A stretch of DNA of 64,000 nt from Squalus acanthias (taxonomy: Eukaryota), in contig CM059432.1 in NCBI GenBank assembly GCA_030390025.1, positions 25,422,001 to 25,486,000 of the forward strand, written 5' to 3'. Position 1 is the first letter of the stretch. Each line of letters begins with the position of its first letter. The position numbers and the translations under genes are program-made. This document shows positions 24,658 to 36,889 of this stretch, piece after piece. The notes under the pieces were generated by a model. It saw only the letters and a list, made by a program, of their open reading frames with translations. It made no database searches and was not told the origin of the DNA.

Positions 24658-26100
24658 AGTGTAAATGACAATGGCAGAATCATCAACAGCTGCCATGTGA
24701 GAGAGAAAAAAAAATTGGGGCCGAGGTTATGGTCTGAAATTGTTGAACTCGATGTTGAGTCCAGAAGGCTGTAAAGTGCCTAATCGAAAGATGAGGTGCT
24801 GTTCCTCGAGCTTACTTTGAGCTTTGTTGGAACAGTGGAAATTGAAAGCACCCTGCCCTCACCTTCACATGGTCCATCTCCGACTCTTCCCTTCCCTTCC
24901 TCGACTTCTCTTTCTCCATCTCTGGGGATAGGCTATTGACAAACATTCACTATAAGCCCACTGACTCCCACAGCTACCTGGACTACACTTCCTCCCACCC
25001 TGCTTCCTGTAAGGACCCTATTCCAATCTTCCAGTTTCTCCATCTCCGCCGCATTTGCTCTGATGATGTCGCCTTCCATACTAGTGCTTCCGATTTGTCT
25101 TCCTTTTTCCTCAACCGAGGATTCCGCTCTACCGTGGTTGTCACGGCCCTTGACCATGTCCATTCTATTTCCCGCACTTCTGCTCTCACCCCTTCCCCTC
25201 CCTCCCAGAACCATGATAGGGTTCCCCTTGTTCTCACCTTCCACCCCACCAGCCTCCACAATCAACGGATCATCCTCCGCCATTTACGCCACATCCAGCG
25301 TGATCTCACCACCAAACACATCTTCCTCTCCCCTCCCCTTTCAGCATTCCGAAGGGACCGCTCCCTCCACAACACCCTGGTCCACTCGTCTATCACCCCC
25401 AACACCCTCTCCCCTGTCACGGCACCTTCCCTTGCAAGCACAGGAGATGCAACACCTGCGCTTTTACCTCCTCCCTTTCCACTGTCCAGGTCCCCAAACA
25501 TTCCTTCCAGGTGAAACAGCGATTTACTTGTACTTCTTGCAATTTAGAATACTGCAATCGCTGCTCACGATGCGGTCTCCTCTACATTGGGGAGACCAAA
25601 CACAGATTGGGTGACCGCTTTGCAGAACACCTCCATTCAGTCCGTAAGGGTCACCCAGAGTTCCCGGTCGCCTGTCACTTTAATTCTCCGCTCCACTCCC
25701 ACTCTGACCTCTCCGTCCTCGGCCTCTTACACTGTTCCAATGAAGCTCAACGTAAGCTCGATGAACAGCATCTCATCTTTCTATTAGGCACTTTACAGCC
25801 TTCTGGACTCAACATCGAGTTCAACAATTTCAGACCATAACCTTGTCCTTATTTTTTTTTCTCTCACATGGCAGCTGTTGATGATTCTGCCATTGCCATT
25901 TGTACTTCATCTAGAGTCATCTTTTGATTCTTAATTTGTCCCACTACCATCTCCTTTTGTCTTGCACCATCATCCCTTTTGTCTTTTAATCTCTCCTGCC
26001 TTCCATCCTATCACAGACCTTCCCTTTTGTTCTTTCCTCCCCTCCCCCTTTCCCTGCCCCTACACTTGCTTAAAAAGCTGTTCCATCTCCAGCTTTTTTC

Positions 26101-26137
26101 AGTTCTGATGAAGGGTCATCGACCTGAAACATTAACT
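26101..26137 (+). ncRNA. Minimal hammerhead ribozyme (PLE family A)
   Basis: AGUU-CUGAUGA-AGGGUCAUCGACCU-GAAA-CA-UU-AACU. Stem III carries a CG>CA change relative to 49697-49733. Confidence 0.75.
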
Positions 26138-27774
26138 CTGTTTCTCTCTCTGCAGATGCTGCCTGACCTGCTAAGTATTTCAAGCATTTTCTGTTTTTAT
26201 TCCATTCTTATCTATCTAAGCGTAGCCAGAGAATCACCTGCAATTGCTTCTCTTCCCGCTTCCACATCGTTATCTCTGGTGTCCCCCAAGGATCTATCCT
26301 TGGCTCCCTCCTATTTCTCATTTAAGTGCTGCACCTTGGCGACATCATCTGAAAACACAGCATCAGTTTCCACATGTACACTGACGACACCCAGCTCTAC
26401 CTCACCACCACTTCTCTCAACCCCTCCATGTTCTCTAAATTGTCAGATTGCTTGTCCGACATCCAGTTCTGGATGAGCAGAAATTTTCTCCAATTAAATA
26501 TTGGGAAGACCGAAGCCATTGTTTTCGGTCCCTTACACAAACTCCGTTCTCTAGCCACTGACTCCATCCCTGTCCCTAACATTTGTCTGAGGCTGAACCA
26601 CACTGTTCGCAACCTTGGTGTCATATTTGACCCGGAAATGAGCTTCCGACCACATATCTATGGCATAACTAAGACCGGCTATTTCCACCTCCATAACATC
26701 ACCCGTCTCCGCCCTTGCCTCAGCTCATCCGCTGCTGAAACCCTCATCCATGCCTTTGTTACCTCTAGACTTGGCTATTCCAATGCACTCCTGGCTGGCC
26801 TCCCACATTCCACCATACGTAAACTTGAGGTCATCCAAAACTCGGCTGCCCATGTCCTAACTCGCACCAAGTTCCGTTCACCCATCACCCCTGTGCTCGC
26901 TGACCTACATTGGCTTCCAGTTAAGCAGCGCCTCGATTTCAAAATTCTCATCCTTGTTTTCAAATCCCTCCATGGCCTCGCCCCTCCCTATCTCTGTAAT
27001 CTCCTCCAGCTCCACAACCCCCCGAGATATCTGTGCTCCTCAAATTCTGCCCTCTTGAGCATCCCTGATTATAATCGCTCAACCATTGGTGGCCGTGCCT
27101 TCTGTTGCCTAGGCCCAAAGCTCTGGAATTCCCTGCCTAAACCTTTCCGCCTCTCTACCTATCTCTCCTTCTTTAAGACGCTCCTTAAAACCTACCTCTT
27201 TGACCAAGCACCTGCCCTAATTTCCCCTTATGTGGCTCAGTGTCAATTTTTTTGTCTTATAATACTCTTGTGAAGCGCCTTGGGACATTTTATTCTGTTA
27301 AAGGTGCTATATAAATACAAGTTGTTTTTGTTGTTGTTGTTGGAAATGGAAGGCACTAAATTAGTAAGTGAGTTTGGAAGGCAGAGGAAACAAAAGCTAG
27401 AAAATAGACATCAAAGGGGTTTGGCAGTACTTAATGGTATGTACTGTAAGACGTGCGGCAATCACCCCTCGCCCCGTCAAACAATTTCCAAAGTTCAAAG
27501 CCGTCGAACAGACAACACAAAACCCAATGAATCTGTGAAAACTTCTTTTAATTAAACATCAGCAAGAGATTACAAGCAATCCGATAGTCTTGTAGCGTAT
27601 AATAATCCTCAATTATACCTCAGCATACACAGAGCTATTCCTTTACTTTAAGCTCAAGCAGAACAAAACCACTTACGTACTAACACCAGCAAGTGGTCAT
27701 TTCGGCTGTGACTAGACGTATGATTTCTGGCAACTGACCAGGTCGCCTCTCCCGACTGCAGCACCGAAATAGGG

Positions 27775-29240
27775 AGGGAATAGCGGAGGCTGTGACCATC
27801 ATTTTCCAATCCTCTCTGGCTACAGGTGTGGTGCCAGAGGACTGGAGGACTGCTAACCTTGTACCGTTGTTTAAAAAGAGAGAAAGGGATAGACTGAGTA
27901 ATTACAGGCCAGTCAGCCTAACCTTGGTGGTGGGCAAAGTATTGGAAAAAAATTCTGAGGGACAGTATTAATCGCCATTTAGAAAGGCACAGGTTAATCA
28001 AGGACAGCCAGCATGGAGTTGTTAAGGGAAGGTCGTGTCTGACAAATTTGGTTGAATTTTTTGAGGAGTTAACAAGGAGGGTTGATGAGGGTAATGCATT
28101 TGGTGTAGTCTACATGGATTTTAGCAGGGCTTTTGATAAGGTCCCACATGGCAGACGGGTCAGAAAAGTAAAAGCCCATGGGATCCAAGGGAAAGTGGCA
28201 AATTGGATCCAAAATTGGCTCAGTGGCAGGAAGCAAAGGGTCATGGTCGACGGATGTTTTTATGACTGGAAAGCTGTTTCCAGTGGGGTTCTGCAGGGCT
28301 CAGTACTTGGTCCCTTGCTTTTTGTGGTATACATCAATGATTTAGACTTCAATTTAGGGAAAATGATTAAGAAGTTTGCAGATGATACAAAAATTGGCCG
28401 TGTGGTTGATAGTGAGGAAGAAAGTTGTAGACTGCAGGAAGATATCAATAAATGGTCAGGTGGGCAGAAAATTGGCAAATGGAATTCAATCCAGAGAAGT
28501 GTGAGGTAATGCATTTAGGGAGGGCTAACAAGGCAAGGGAATACACAATAAATGGTAGAATACTGAGAAATGCAGAGCAACAGCGGGACCTTGGAGTGCC
28601 TGTCCACAGATCCCTGAAGATAGCAGGACAGGTTGATAAGGTGGTTAAGAAAGCATTCGGGATACTTTTCTTTATTAGCCAAGGCAGGGAGGTTATGCTT
28701 GAATTGTATAAAACACTAGTTTGGCCACAGCTAGAGTACTGTGTACAGTTCTGCTCACCACACTTCAGGAAAGAAGTGATTGCACGAGAGGGTACAGAGG
28801 AGATTTACGAGGATGTTGCCAGGACTGGAGAATTTTAGCTATAATGAAAGATTGGATAGGCTGGGGTTGTTTTCTTTGGAACAGAGGAGGCTGAGGGGAG
28901 ACCTAATTGAGGTGTATAAAATGATGAGGGGCCTAGATAAAGTGGATAGGAAGGACCTATTTCCCCCAGCAAAGAGGTCAATAACCAACAGGCATAGATT
29001 TAAAGTAATTGGTAGAAGGATTAGAGGGGAGTTGAGGAGAAATGTTTTCACCCAGAGTGTGGTGCGGGTCTGGAACTCACTGGCTGAAAGGGTGGTAGGG
29101 GCAGAAACCCTCATCACATTTAATAAGTACTTGGATATGCACTTGAAGTGCCGTAACCTACAAGAGCTGGAAAGTGGGATTAGGCTGGATAGCTCTTTTT
29201 CAGCCAGCACAGACACGATGCTCCGTTCCATAAATTTCTA
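27775..29240 (+). mobile_element. CR1 3' half (RT), degenerate
   Basis: [36 protein letters not shown]. Confidence 0.93.
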
Positions 29241-29339
29241 TTTTAAAAAATGTGTCTACCCACCATCAAAGGTTTGTGTATCTGATCTCCCAAGTCTCTC
29301 TGTTCATGCGCCACCTTTAACCTGTGGAGTTATACACGA

Positions 29340-29525
29340 GGGTGACATACTAAAGGGTGAGAAACACATGTGGAACGTTACCCCTGGGTGACATACTAGA
29401 GGGTGGCCAGCATCTGTAGAACTTTTACCCTAGGGTGACATACTGGACGGTGGTCAGCGCCTATGGAGCTGTACCCCAGGGTAACATATTAGAGAGTGGC
29501 TAGTACTTTTGGAGCTGTATCTCAG
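29340..29525 (+). repeat. Tandem repeat, ~4 diverged copies of ~46-47 bp
   Basis: GGGTGACATACT-like unit starts near 29340, 29386, 29433 and 29479. Confidence 0.85.
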
Positions 29526-30512
29526 CATATGTCAGTGTCATTAGGCAGAAGGGGGCAAAATTGGCGGGGGTGGCGGGGGGGGGTGGGGAGAGGGAGGGAG
29601 GGAAGCAAACAGCATTTTCACTTTTTAGCCATAAGGCAGAATTAATTCTTGTCTAACAATATTATCTGATTAGATTTCCACTGTATTCACTCGACTGTAA
29701 TTCAATACTGTCGGCATTTCAATCGACTAATTTCATTGGACGCAACATGGGGCTCACTGGAGAAAATATTACTGAACAGTTTTTTGGAGGAGGGGTCAAC
29801 AGCACATGATTGCCTAATTACTGGTCATAAGAAGAGCAACTACTGTTATTACTGCTGATCCAATGAATGAAGAATGAATTAGATGAGCCAAATCAATGAA
29901 CTTGTGGTTGCGTGCAGTCGGCCCAGATGTGTGTTCTCAAATTACATTAACCAAATGGTATCTGCTGATTTTTGTTTTGTTATCAAACTGTTGAATTATC
30001 CTTAAAAGATGGTAGAAGATTAGGGCTATCATTAATCAAAGCAGAAGTACAATCAAAAAAGGAGCTCTAGACCTTTGTAATTCCAATTGAAAGGAGAAAG
30101 TTTAGTCAACTGATAGCCTCATTAAAGGGGAGGTATAGGCTATTGATGTGCTTATTTAAAGGGGAAGTGTATATTGTACTGAATTGCTTCAATAATCCTG
30201 CATGCTATAAAGGGAAGATACCTGTGCAGCTACTAAATAAAGACAACTTTGGAGTGGACATTTTTTGAGTTGAAGTTAAAATGTATATTAGTAAAGAACG
30301 TCTTCACCTTCATATGAAATTTCATTGTACTATTTTAACAAACTTGTTATCCTGTTCAAAATAAATTGGTTAACATCTTTGTGAAGACAGCAGACAGGGG
30401 AATTTCACAGGAACACTAACTGATACTGTCAGGGCAATTTCAACCCATTTTGTGTAACATTCCTCCGAAAGTCAAATCATGAATGGAGAATGTGACCTAC
30501 AATCTACCATTC

Positions 30513-31235
30513 ATAGAAACATAGAAACATAGAAGATAGGAGCAGGAGTAGGCCATTCGGCCCCTCGAGCCTGTTCCGCCATTCGATGAGATCATGGCTG
30601 ATCATCCAAACTCAGTACCCTGTCCCTGCCTTCTCCCCATATCCCTTGATACCTTTAGCCTTAAGAAATATATCTAACTCCTTCTTGAATATATTTACTG
30701 ACTTGGCCTCAACTGCCTTCTGTGGTAGAGAATTCCACAGGTTCACCACTCTCTGGGTGAAGAAATTCCTCCTCATCTCTGTCCTAAATGGCTTACCCCT
30801 TATCTTTAGACTGTGACCTCTTGTTCTGGACTCACCCGCCATCGGGAACATCCTTCCTGCATCCAGTCTGTCTAGCCCTGTTAGAATTTTATAAGTTTCA
30901 ATGAGATCTCCTCTCATTCTTCTAAACTCCAGCGAGTATAAGCCCATTCGACCCAATCTCTCCTCGTACGTCATTCCTGCCATCCCAGGTATCAGTCTGG
31001 TGAATCTTCGCTGCACACCCTCCATGGCAAGAACATCCTTCCTCAGATAAGGCGACCAAAACTGCACACAATACTCAAGGTGTGGTCTCACCAAGGCCCT
31101 GTACAACTGCAGCAAGACATACTTGTTCCTGTACTCAAACCCTCTCGCTACGAAGGCCAACATACCATTTGCCTTCTTAACCGCCTGCTGTACCTGCATG
31201 CTTACCTTCAGCGACTGGTGCACAAAGACACCCAT
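30513..31235 (-). mobile_element. CR1 3' fragment, same subfamily as 12711-16027
   Basis: ORF 30612-31325 ends KGYGEKAGTGY* like the 955-aa ORF; CTATGTTT tail. Confidence 0.95.
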
Positions 31236-31317
31236 ATGCCACAGCAAGTTACCCGTTTGAAAGAATAACACATGGAGGGGAGGGGAGGGGTGGGGGTGAC
31301 TGAGAAAAGAAAGGAAA

Positions 31318-31746
31318 ACTTGCATTTATATAGCACCTTTCACTACCACCAGACATTTCAAAGCGCTTTACAGCCAATTAAGTACTTTTGAAGTGTAGTC
31401 ACTGTTGTAATGTAGGAAACGCGGCAGCCAATTTGCACACAGCAAGCTCCCACAAACAGCAATGTGAAAATGACCAGATAATCTGTTTTTGTTATGTTCG
31501 TTGAGGGATAAATATTGGCCAGGATACCGGAGAAAACTCCCCTGCTCTTCTTCAAAATAATGCCATGGGATCTTTTACGTCCACCTGAGAGAGCAGACGG
31601 GGCCTTGGTTTAACATCTCATCTGAAAGACGGCATCTCCGACAGTGCAGCACTCCCTCAGCTTTACGCGCTCAAGTCCCTGGAGTGGGACCTGAACCCAC
31701 AACCTTCTGACCCAGAGGCGAGGGTGCTACCCACTGAGCCACTGCT
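31318..31746 (-). mobile_element. DeuSINE-like SINE, near full length
   Basis: tRNA-like head TGGCTCAGTGG / GGTTCAGGTCC on the minus strand; L2-like tail. Confidence 0.9.
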
Positions 31747-31844
31747 ATTCATTTAGCTCATCCTCAAAGGTGTTAATTGCTTCAGTTGGCCTACTCACAG
31801 ATCAGTGCTACGACGGAGAGAGGGTACAGAGGAGGTACTAGGAA

Positions 31845-32279
31845 AGGGTACAGAAGAGGTTTACCAGGATGATACCAGGGATGATACACTTCAGTTTTGT
31901 GGAGAGATTGGAAAAGCTGGGATTGTTCTCCTTGGAGCAAAGAAGGTTAAGGGGAGTCCTAATAGAGGTATTCAAAATTATGAGGGGTTTTGGTAGAGCA
32001 AGTAGGGAGAAACTGTTTCCTCTGGTAAGTGGGTTGGTACCAAAGGTCACAGATTTAAAATAATTGGCAATAGAACTAGAGGGTAAATGAGGAGAAATGT
32101 TTTCACACAGCAGGTTGTTAAGATCTGGACTGCACTTCCTGAAAGGGTGGTGGAATCAAATTCCATAGGAACTTTCAAAAGACAATTTGACATGTACTTG
32201 AAGAGGTATGGGACTAAATTGAACAGCTCTTTAGAGGCATGACTGGCCGAATAGCCTCTTTCTGTGCTTTAGATTCTAT
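31845..32279 (+). mobile_element. CR1 3' fragment
   Basis: LEKLGLFSLEQRRLRG; ATTCTATG tail, which continues after 33940. Confidence 0.88.
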
Positions 32280-33940
32280 GGCCGGCGCGATTGGTGGCGG
32301 TGGCTGTCATCTCGCTCCAATGCGCCTTTTCCCCAGGCGCATCTGTCATCGTGGAGCTGATCTGACCGGCAGCGGCGGAGGTCCCAATTGAGATGATTAT
32401 CAGGTAGTTTACAGGCGCTTAAGAGCCTTTTTTCACTTACTTTTTAAATTTCCCTGCATGGCCACGGGATTCACGCAGCTCGTCTGTCAACCTGAGGCAG
32501 GAGTTCAGTGGCCATTGCTCCAGCTGATTACTTGACTGCATCAAATGTTCAGTGAAAGCTTCCACCTGATAGATGATCATTTTCCTCAGGCAGAAGTTGT
32601 TGCTCAGTCCATTTCCAGCACAGATTTTGCAGGCAGCAAGTCTTTCCAGCAAAGTCTCCATTCAGTCTCACCTCATTGGAAGAACTCTCTCACCATTGAC
32701 AGAATGCTTCTGTCATCTGTACTTCACCGGACATCTATTCCATCAACATGGGTGTCGTTTATACTGTCTCATTTTGGTCCTCAGAATCGGACCATGATGA
32801 GCCCCAACACCAGCAGCACCAGGCACACCAGCAGCACCAAAAACAACACCAACCTTCTCCGCAATCACCTGATGCTGCACAGGACACAGGGCATCAGCAC
32901 CCGAACACATTGCTGCCTGGGAGGCCAGGGATGGCCTCATCATGGCCAGATTTAGTTAACTTTATGCTGTACACCCATATGGCTGCCACAGGCGCCAGGT
33001 TGGCACCACCCCACAGCAACACCATAAAGCATCCCTGCAATGACCAAGCCATTCCTTTCACACTCATCACCATTGCGGTGGGTATCATTATGTCTCACCA
33101 TTCACTGCAACTCACTAAGACACTTCCATAGGTGCACACAAATCTGTCCAAGAACAGAATGCGTTGAAAATAAAGATTTTTATGTTTGACACCACATTAA
33201 CAGAAACTTTACATAAACATTGGCTAAAACACCCAAGTGGCTACCCTTGTATGTTGTTAATTGGTATGATTGCACTAGATGGGGGTGAGTGTGAGGGGTG
33301 GCTAGTGAGACGGGGTTGTGATAATGTAGATAGAGAGAGGGGGATGGGTGGAGGTGAAAGGTATGTTGGTTCGAGTAAGGATGTGCAGGAGTAGGGTAGG
33401 GAAGGCAGAGTGATGGAGATGTGATGAGAGGCACAGCAGGATGCAGTGAGATCATTGAAACATTTGTGGCACTGCACCCAGATCCTCCTGACCACATGCC
33501 TGCTTGTGACCTTCTCTGCAATGTACAACCAGGCTGTTTTGGTCTCCTGGAGAGGTCTCTTCCGCCCATCGGAAGGGAAGAGGACCCCCCTGCGTGCTCT
33601 GACTCCCTCCATAAGCATATGGAGGGAGTCATCGGAGAACCTGGGTGCAGCCCTCTGCCTCTGTGCAGTCATTGTCAGTGTTTGCAGCACTCCAATGCAT
33701 GTTATATTAAACTCAAATTTAATGTGGCCAGGGTCCCATTAAAGATCCTGGCTGAAAATGCATCATGAATGACGTCACCAGACCCGCTCCATCTCATTGG
33801 GCCGAGTAACGCGCTAGGCGGGCTTAATAGGCCCCTGAAGGTAAGTTCATTTTCAACAGCGGGATGGAGCCAGCAGTGGGGTCACGACCCGCCATGGACA
33901 CCGGCCGCACCGGACCACCCAGGTAGGCAAAATTCCAGCC
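32280..33940. mobile_element. Internally deleted Harbinger element (transposase ends + Myb/SANT exon 1)
   Basis: Minus ORF 33241-33690 APRFSDDSLHML...WLYIAEKV...WVQCHKCFNDLT (Myb/SANT-like). Plus-strand ...EARDGLIMARFS* resembles the transposase C-terminus ...RQRLIASRF*. Right TIR AAAATTCCAGCC; TAT on both flanks. Confidence 0.8.
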
Positions 33941-34079
33941 TATGATTCTACTGAGAAGGCTCTTCTTATATGATTGTAGTGTGGACCCATTTTAATGAGA
34001 AAAGTGGACTGAAATTACTCAAACTGGTTTCACTCAGGAGCCTCAGTACATCTCTGAGAGATGTCCTTTAACCCAAGTG

Positions 34080-34293
34080 TCAGCTGTGGCTCAGTGGGTA
34101 GCACACTTGCCTTCTGAGTCAGAAGGTTGTGGGTTCATAGTCCCACTCCAGGAACCTAAGCACTTAAATCTAGGCTGACACTCCAGTGCAGTGCTGAGGG
34201 AGTGCTGCACTGTCGGAGGTGTCGTCTTTCAGATGAGATGTTAAACCGAGGTCCCATCTGCTTTCTCAGGTGGACGTAAAAGATCCCATGGCA
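34080..34293 (+). mobile_element. DeuSINE-like SINE, 5' half
   Basis: A-box TGGCTCAGTGG and B-box-like GGTTCATAGTCC; breaks off at GATCCCATGGCA. Confidence 0.88.
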
Positions 34294-34294
34294 T

Positions 34295-35043
34295 GACCTT
34301 TGGTACCAACCCACTTACCAGAGGAAGCAGTTTCTCCCTACTTGCTCTACCAAAACCCCTCATAATTTTGAATACCTCTATTAGGATTCCCCTTAACCTT
34401 CTTTGCTCCAAGGAGAACAATCCCAGCTTTTCCAATCTCTCCACAAAACTAAAGTGTATCATCCTGGTAAACCTCTTCTGTACCCTTTCCTAGTACCTCC
34501 TCTGTACCCTCTCTCCGTCGTAGCACTGATCTGTGAGTAGGCCAACTGAAGCAATTAACACCTTTGAGGCTGAGCTAAATGAATAGCAGTGGCTCAGTGG
34601 GTAGCACCCTCGCCTCTGAGTCAGAAGGTTGTGGGTTCAAGTCCCACTCCAGGGACTTGAGCGCGTAAAGCTAGGCTGACACTCCAGTGCAGTGCTGAGG
34701 GAGTGCTGCACTGTCGGAGATGCCGTCTTTCAGATGAGATGTTAAACCGAGGCCCCGGTTGCTCTCAGGTGGACGTAAAAGATCCCACGGCACTATTTTG
34801 AAGAAGAGCAGGGGAGTTATCCCTGGTGTCCTGGCCAATATTTCTCTCTCAACCAACATAACAAAAACAGATTATCTGGTCATTTTCACATTGCTGTTTG
34901 TGGGAGTTTGCCGTGCGCAAATTGGCTGCCGAATTTCCCACATTACAACAGTGCCTACACTTCAAAAGTACTTCATTGGCCGTAAAGTGCTTTGAGATGT
35001 CCGGTGGTCATGAAAGGTGCTATATAAATGCAAGTCTTTCTTT
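34295..35043. repeat. Inverted duplicate of 31318-32047 (SINE + unique linker + CR1 piece)
   Basis: The unique linker GAGCTAAATGAATAGC / CACTGATCTGTGAGTAGGCCAACTGAAGCAATTAACACCTTTGAGG is present in both orientations. Confidence 0.93.
34585..35043 (+). mobile_element. Full-length tRNA-derived DeuSINE-like SINE
   Basis: A/B boxes; central GATGAGATGTTAAACCGAGG...GGACGTAAAAGATCCC block (recalled as the Deu domain); L2-type 3' tail. Confidence 0.88.
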
Positions 35044-35188
35044 CATGTTTCTGGGCTTCATTAGTGCACAGACCCACGAATAAAAATGACAGCACTCTGC
35101 CATGATACACTACCCATTGCTCTTAAGATATTATTAACTAATTTAGAAAATGATGTTTCCTTGGTTTAACTGTTTTCAATTTCTATAG

Positions 35189-35230
35189 CAGAATTTCAAA
35201 GACATCAGAAAAAATATAAAGACTGACTAG
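35189..35230 (+). CDS. Candidate terminal host exon (QNFKDIRKNIKTD* if phase 0)
   Basis: Branch-like TTTAAC, pyrimidine tract and TAG| acceptor; followed by unique AT-rich DNA with AATAAA near 35436 and 35806. Peptide not recognised. Confidence 0.3.
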   Translation, partial: QNFKDIRKNIKTD

Positions 35231-35909
35231 GCGTGGAAAGAGTGGTTAACGGTTGGTTGGTTGATTGACCATTACACCCCTGATGATAATTATCTGAACA
35301 GCATGTGTGGGAACCTGAGATATATCATTGGCATGACACCAGCTACTGATCCTAAGAGGCCCACTTAGAGTGGATTGCCTTCATTGATTGTGTACACTAT
35401 GATGGGTTATAAACCTACAAACTGTATGCAAGGGAATAAACCCCAGGGCCATAGACTTTGTGATTATTTTAAGACCTTTCATAAAAATAGTTATATATCA
35501 ATAATAACTAAATTTCAAAAGAATTGTTTTTTCTCCATTTAACTGACATTTATAAATGGATGGGCGGGGGAATGGTTGTGATTTTGATCTTTAATGCGTG
35601 AGGAGTTTTGGCATTATGGGGAATAGCGCTCTTTGAAAGTGTTTGTCACTGTTAGATAGTCCTGAAATCATTTTGCTGTTGTCTACACAGCATAACAGGA
35701 TTTTAACACCTAAGCCTGGCATCAGCTAATTGCTAATTCCTGATTTATCTCAACCTTCCTTCCTATTCTTGTTAGCCTTGGGACTTCAGCCAGCTTTTTT
35801 CAATAATAAAAAAAATCCCCCTCTCCATCAGGCCGTGCAGTGACATATGATTTACAGAAGCAACATCATCATAGTCTGTACATTTAATCAAGTTCTTTCC
35901 TTCAGTGGA

Positions 35910-36310
35910 ACCATAGAACAATAGAAGCTTGCAATACAGAAAGAGGCCATTCGGCCCATCCTAGCTGTGCCAGCTCTTTGCTAATGCAATCCAAAACTAA
36001 TCAAACTGACCTGTTTCCTTCTTATAGTCCTGTATTGTTTTCTACTTCAAATATTTATCTATTTTTCCCTTAAAAAATGCAATGGTCTCTGCCTCAACCA
36101 CAAAGCATTGCAAGCTCAGACCAATCCGCTGTGTAAGGACATTTATCCTAACCTCTCTCCTCACTGCTTTAGCAATCACTTTAAATGAATAATCCTTTGT
36201 CAGTGACTTCCCAACCAGAGGAGCTAATATTTCTCTATTCACGCTATCAAACCTTTCATCATTTAAAAAAAAAATCTATTAAATCTCCTCTTAACCGTCC
36301 CTGCTACAGT
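35910..36310 (-). mobile_element. Old CR1 3' fragment
   Basis: Diverged FKVIAK..RREVR..VEAETI..FK..IDKYLK peptide and 3' UTR. Confidence 0.75.
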
Positions 36311-36889
36311 GAATGCCATGGAATATCATGTTCAGAGCTAGCTCCAATTTGGTCATTACCTACCCCTTAAAGTATTAGCTAAACCTTTTGTTAACTTCTT
36401 TTCACTGAGGAATTGTATACCTTTTCCAGACTTTTCTGTAAATTTCCTGTCTCTTTCTCTTTACCATGGATTGGCATATGTCATTCACATATTGCTTTAT
36501 TATAACGCACTGCAAGCCCTACCAATCATGATTGAAGGTGCGAGGTCCTAGATAGAGTCTGCTCTGATTAGCAGTGTTCCCAACCCAGAAAACAGTCCAG
36601 CATTTGGCAGAATATTGTAGACAGCTGCTGTGCTGAGCCTACAGGATGCTTCAGCATTCGGTCTCCTGGACTTCAAAGGTCCAATGGAGTAGACATAACT
36701 ATTAAGTGCCAGAATGCGTAGCCCGTATGTTCAGGCTATCTTTGGTTACATAGCCCGAATCTAGCCTGTTTTTACCTCTGCAGCATTTCATGCAGGTGTT
36801 TCTCAGACATCCTAACGACTTCCTCCCTGCATCTCTATACTTAAGTCTAAATTCTACAAGTCTGCACTATTCAACTTCTAGGGAGCTGA

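Larger units (their letters stand above)
23253..26202 (+). mobile_element. 5'-truncated Penelope family A insertion with inverted pLTR
   Basis: 12-bp TSD CATTCTTATCTA (23241-23252, 26203-26214). Inverted pLTR at 23253-23580 + 24660-24838; forward RT C-term/GIY-YIG at 24850-25840 (CSRCGLLYIGETK); pLTR to 26202. Confidence 0.92.
20240..27342 (+). mobile_element. L2 LINE, long degenerate copy, interrupted at 23253-26202
   Basis: EN LQNVCSLANK, MALTETWL; RT QSGFRPCHSTETALIKV, LLDLFAAFDTFDH, YTDDTQLY; 299-aa C-terminal ORF 26374-27273; (TTG)n tail. 5' boundary uncertain. Confidence 0.9.

Noticed and set aside
27445..27770. Possible LTR fragment starting TGTAAGACG
   Set aside because: The other end and a TSD could not be found.
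34585..34655. tRNA-like A/B boxes
   Set aside because: SINE heads, not tRNA genes.
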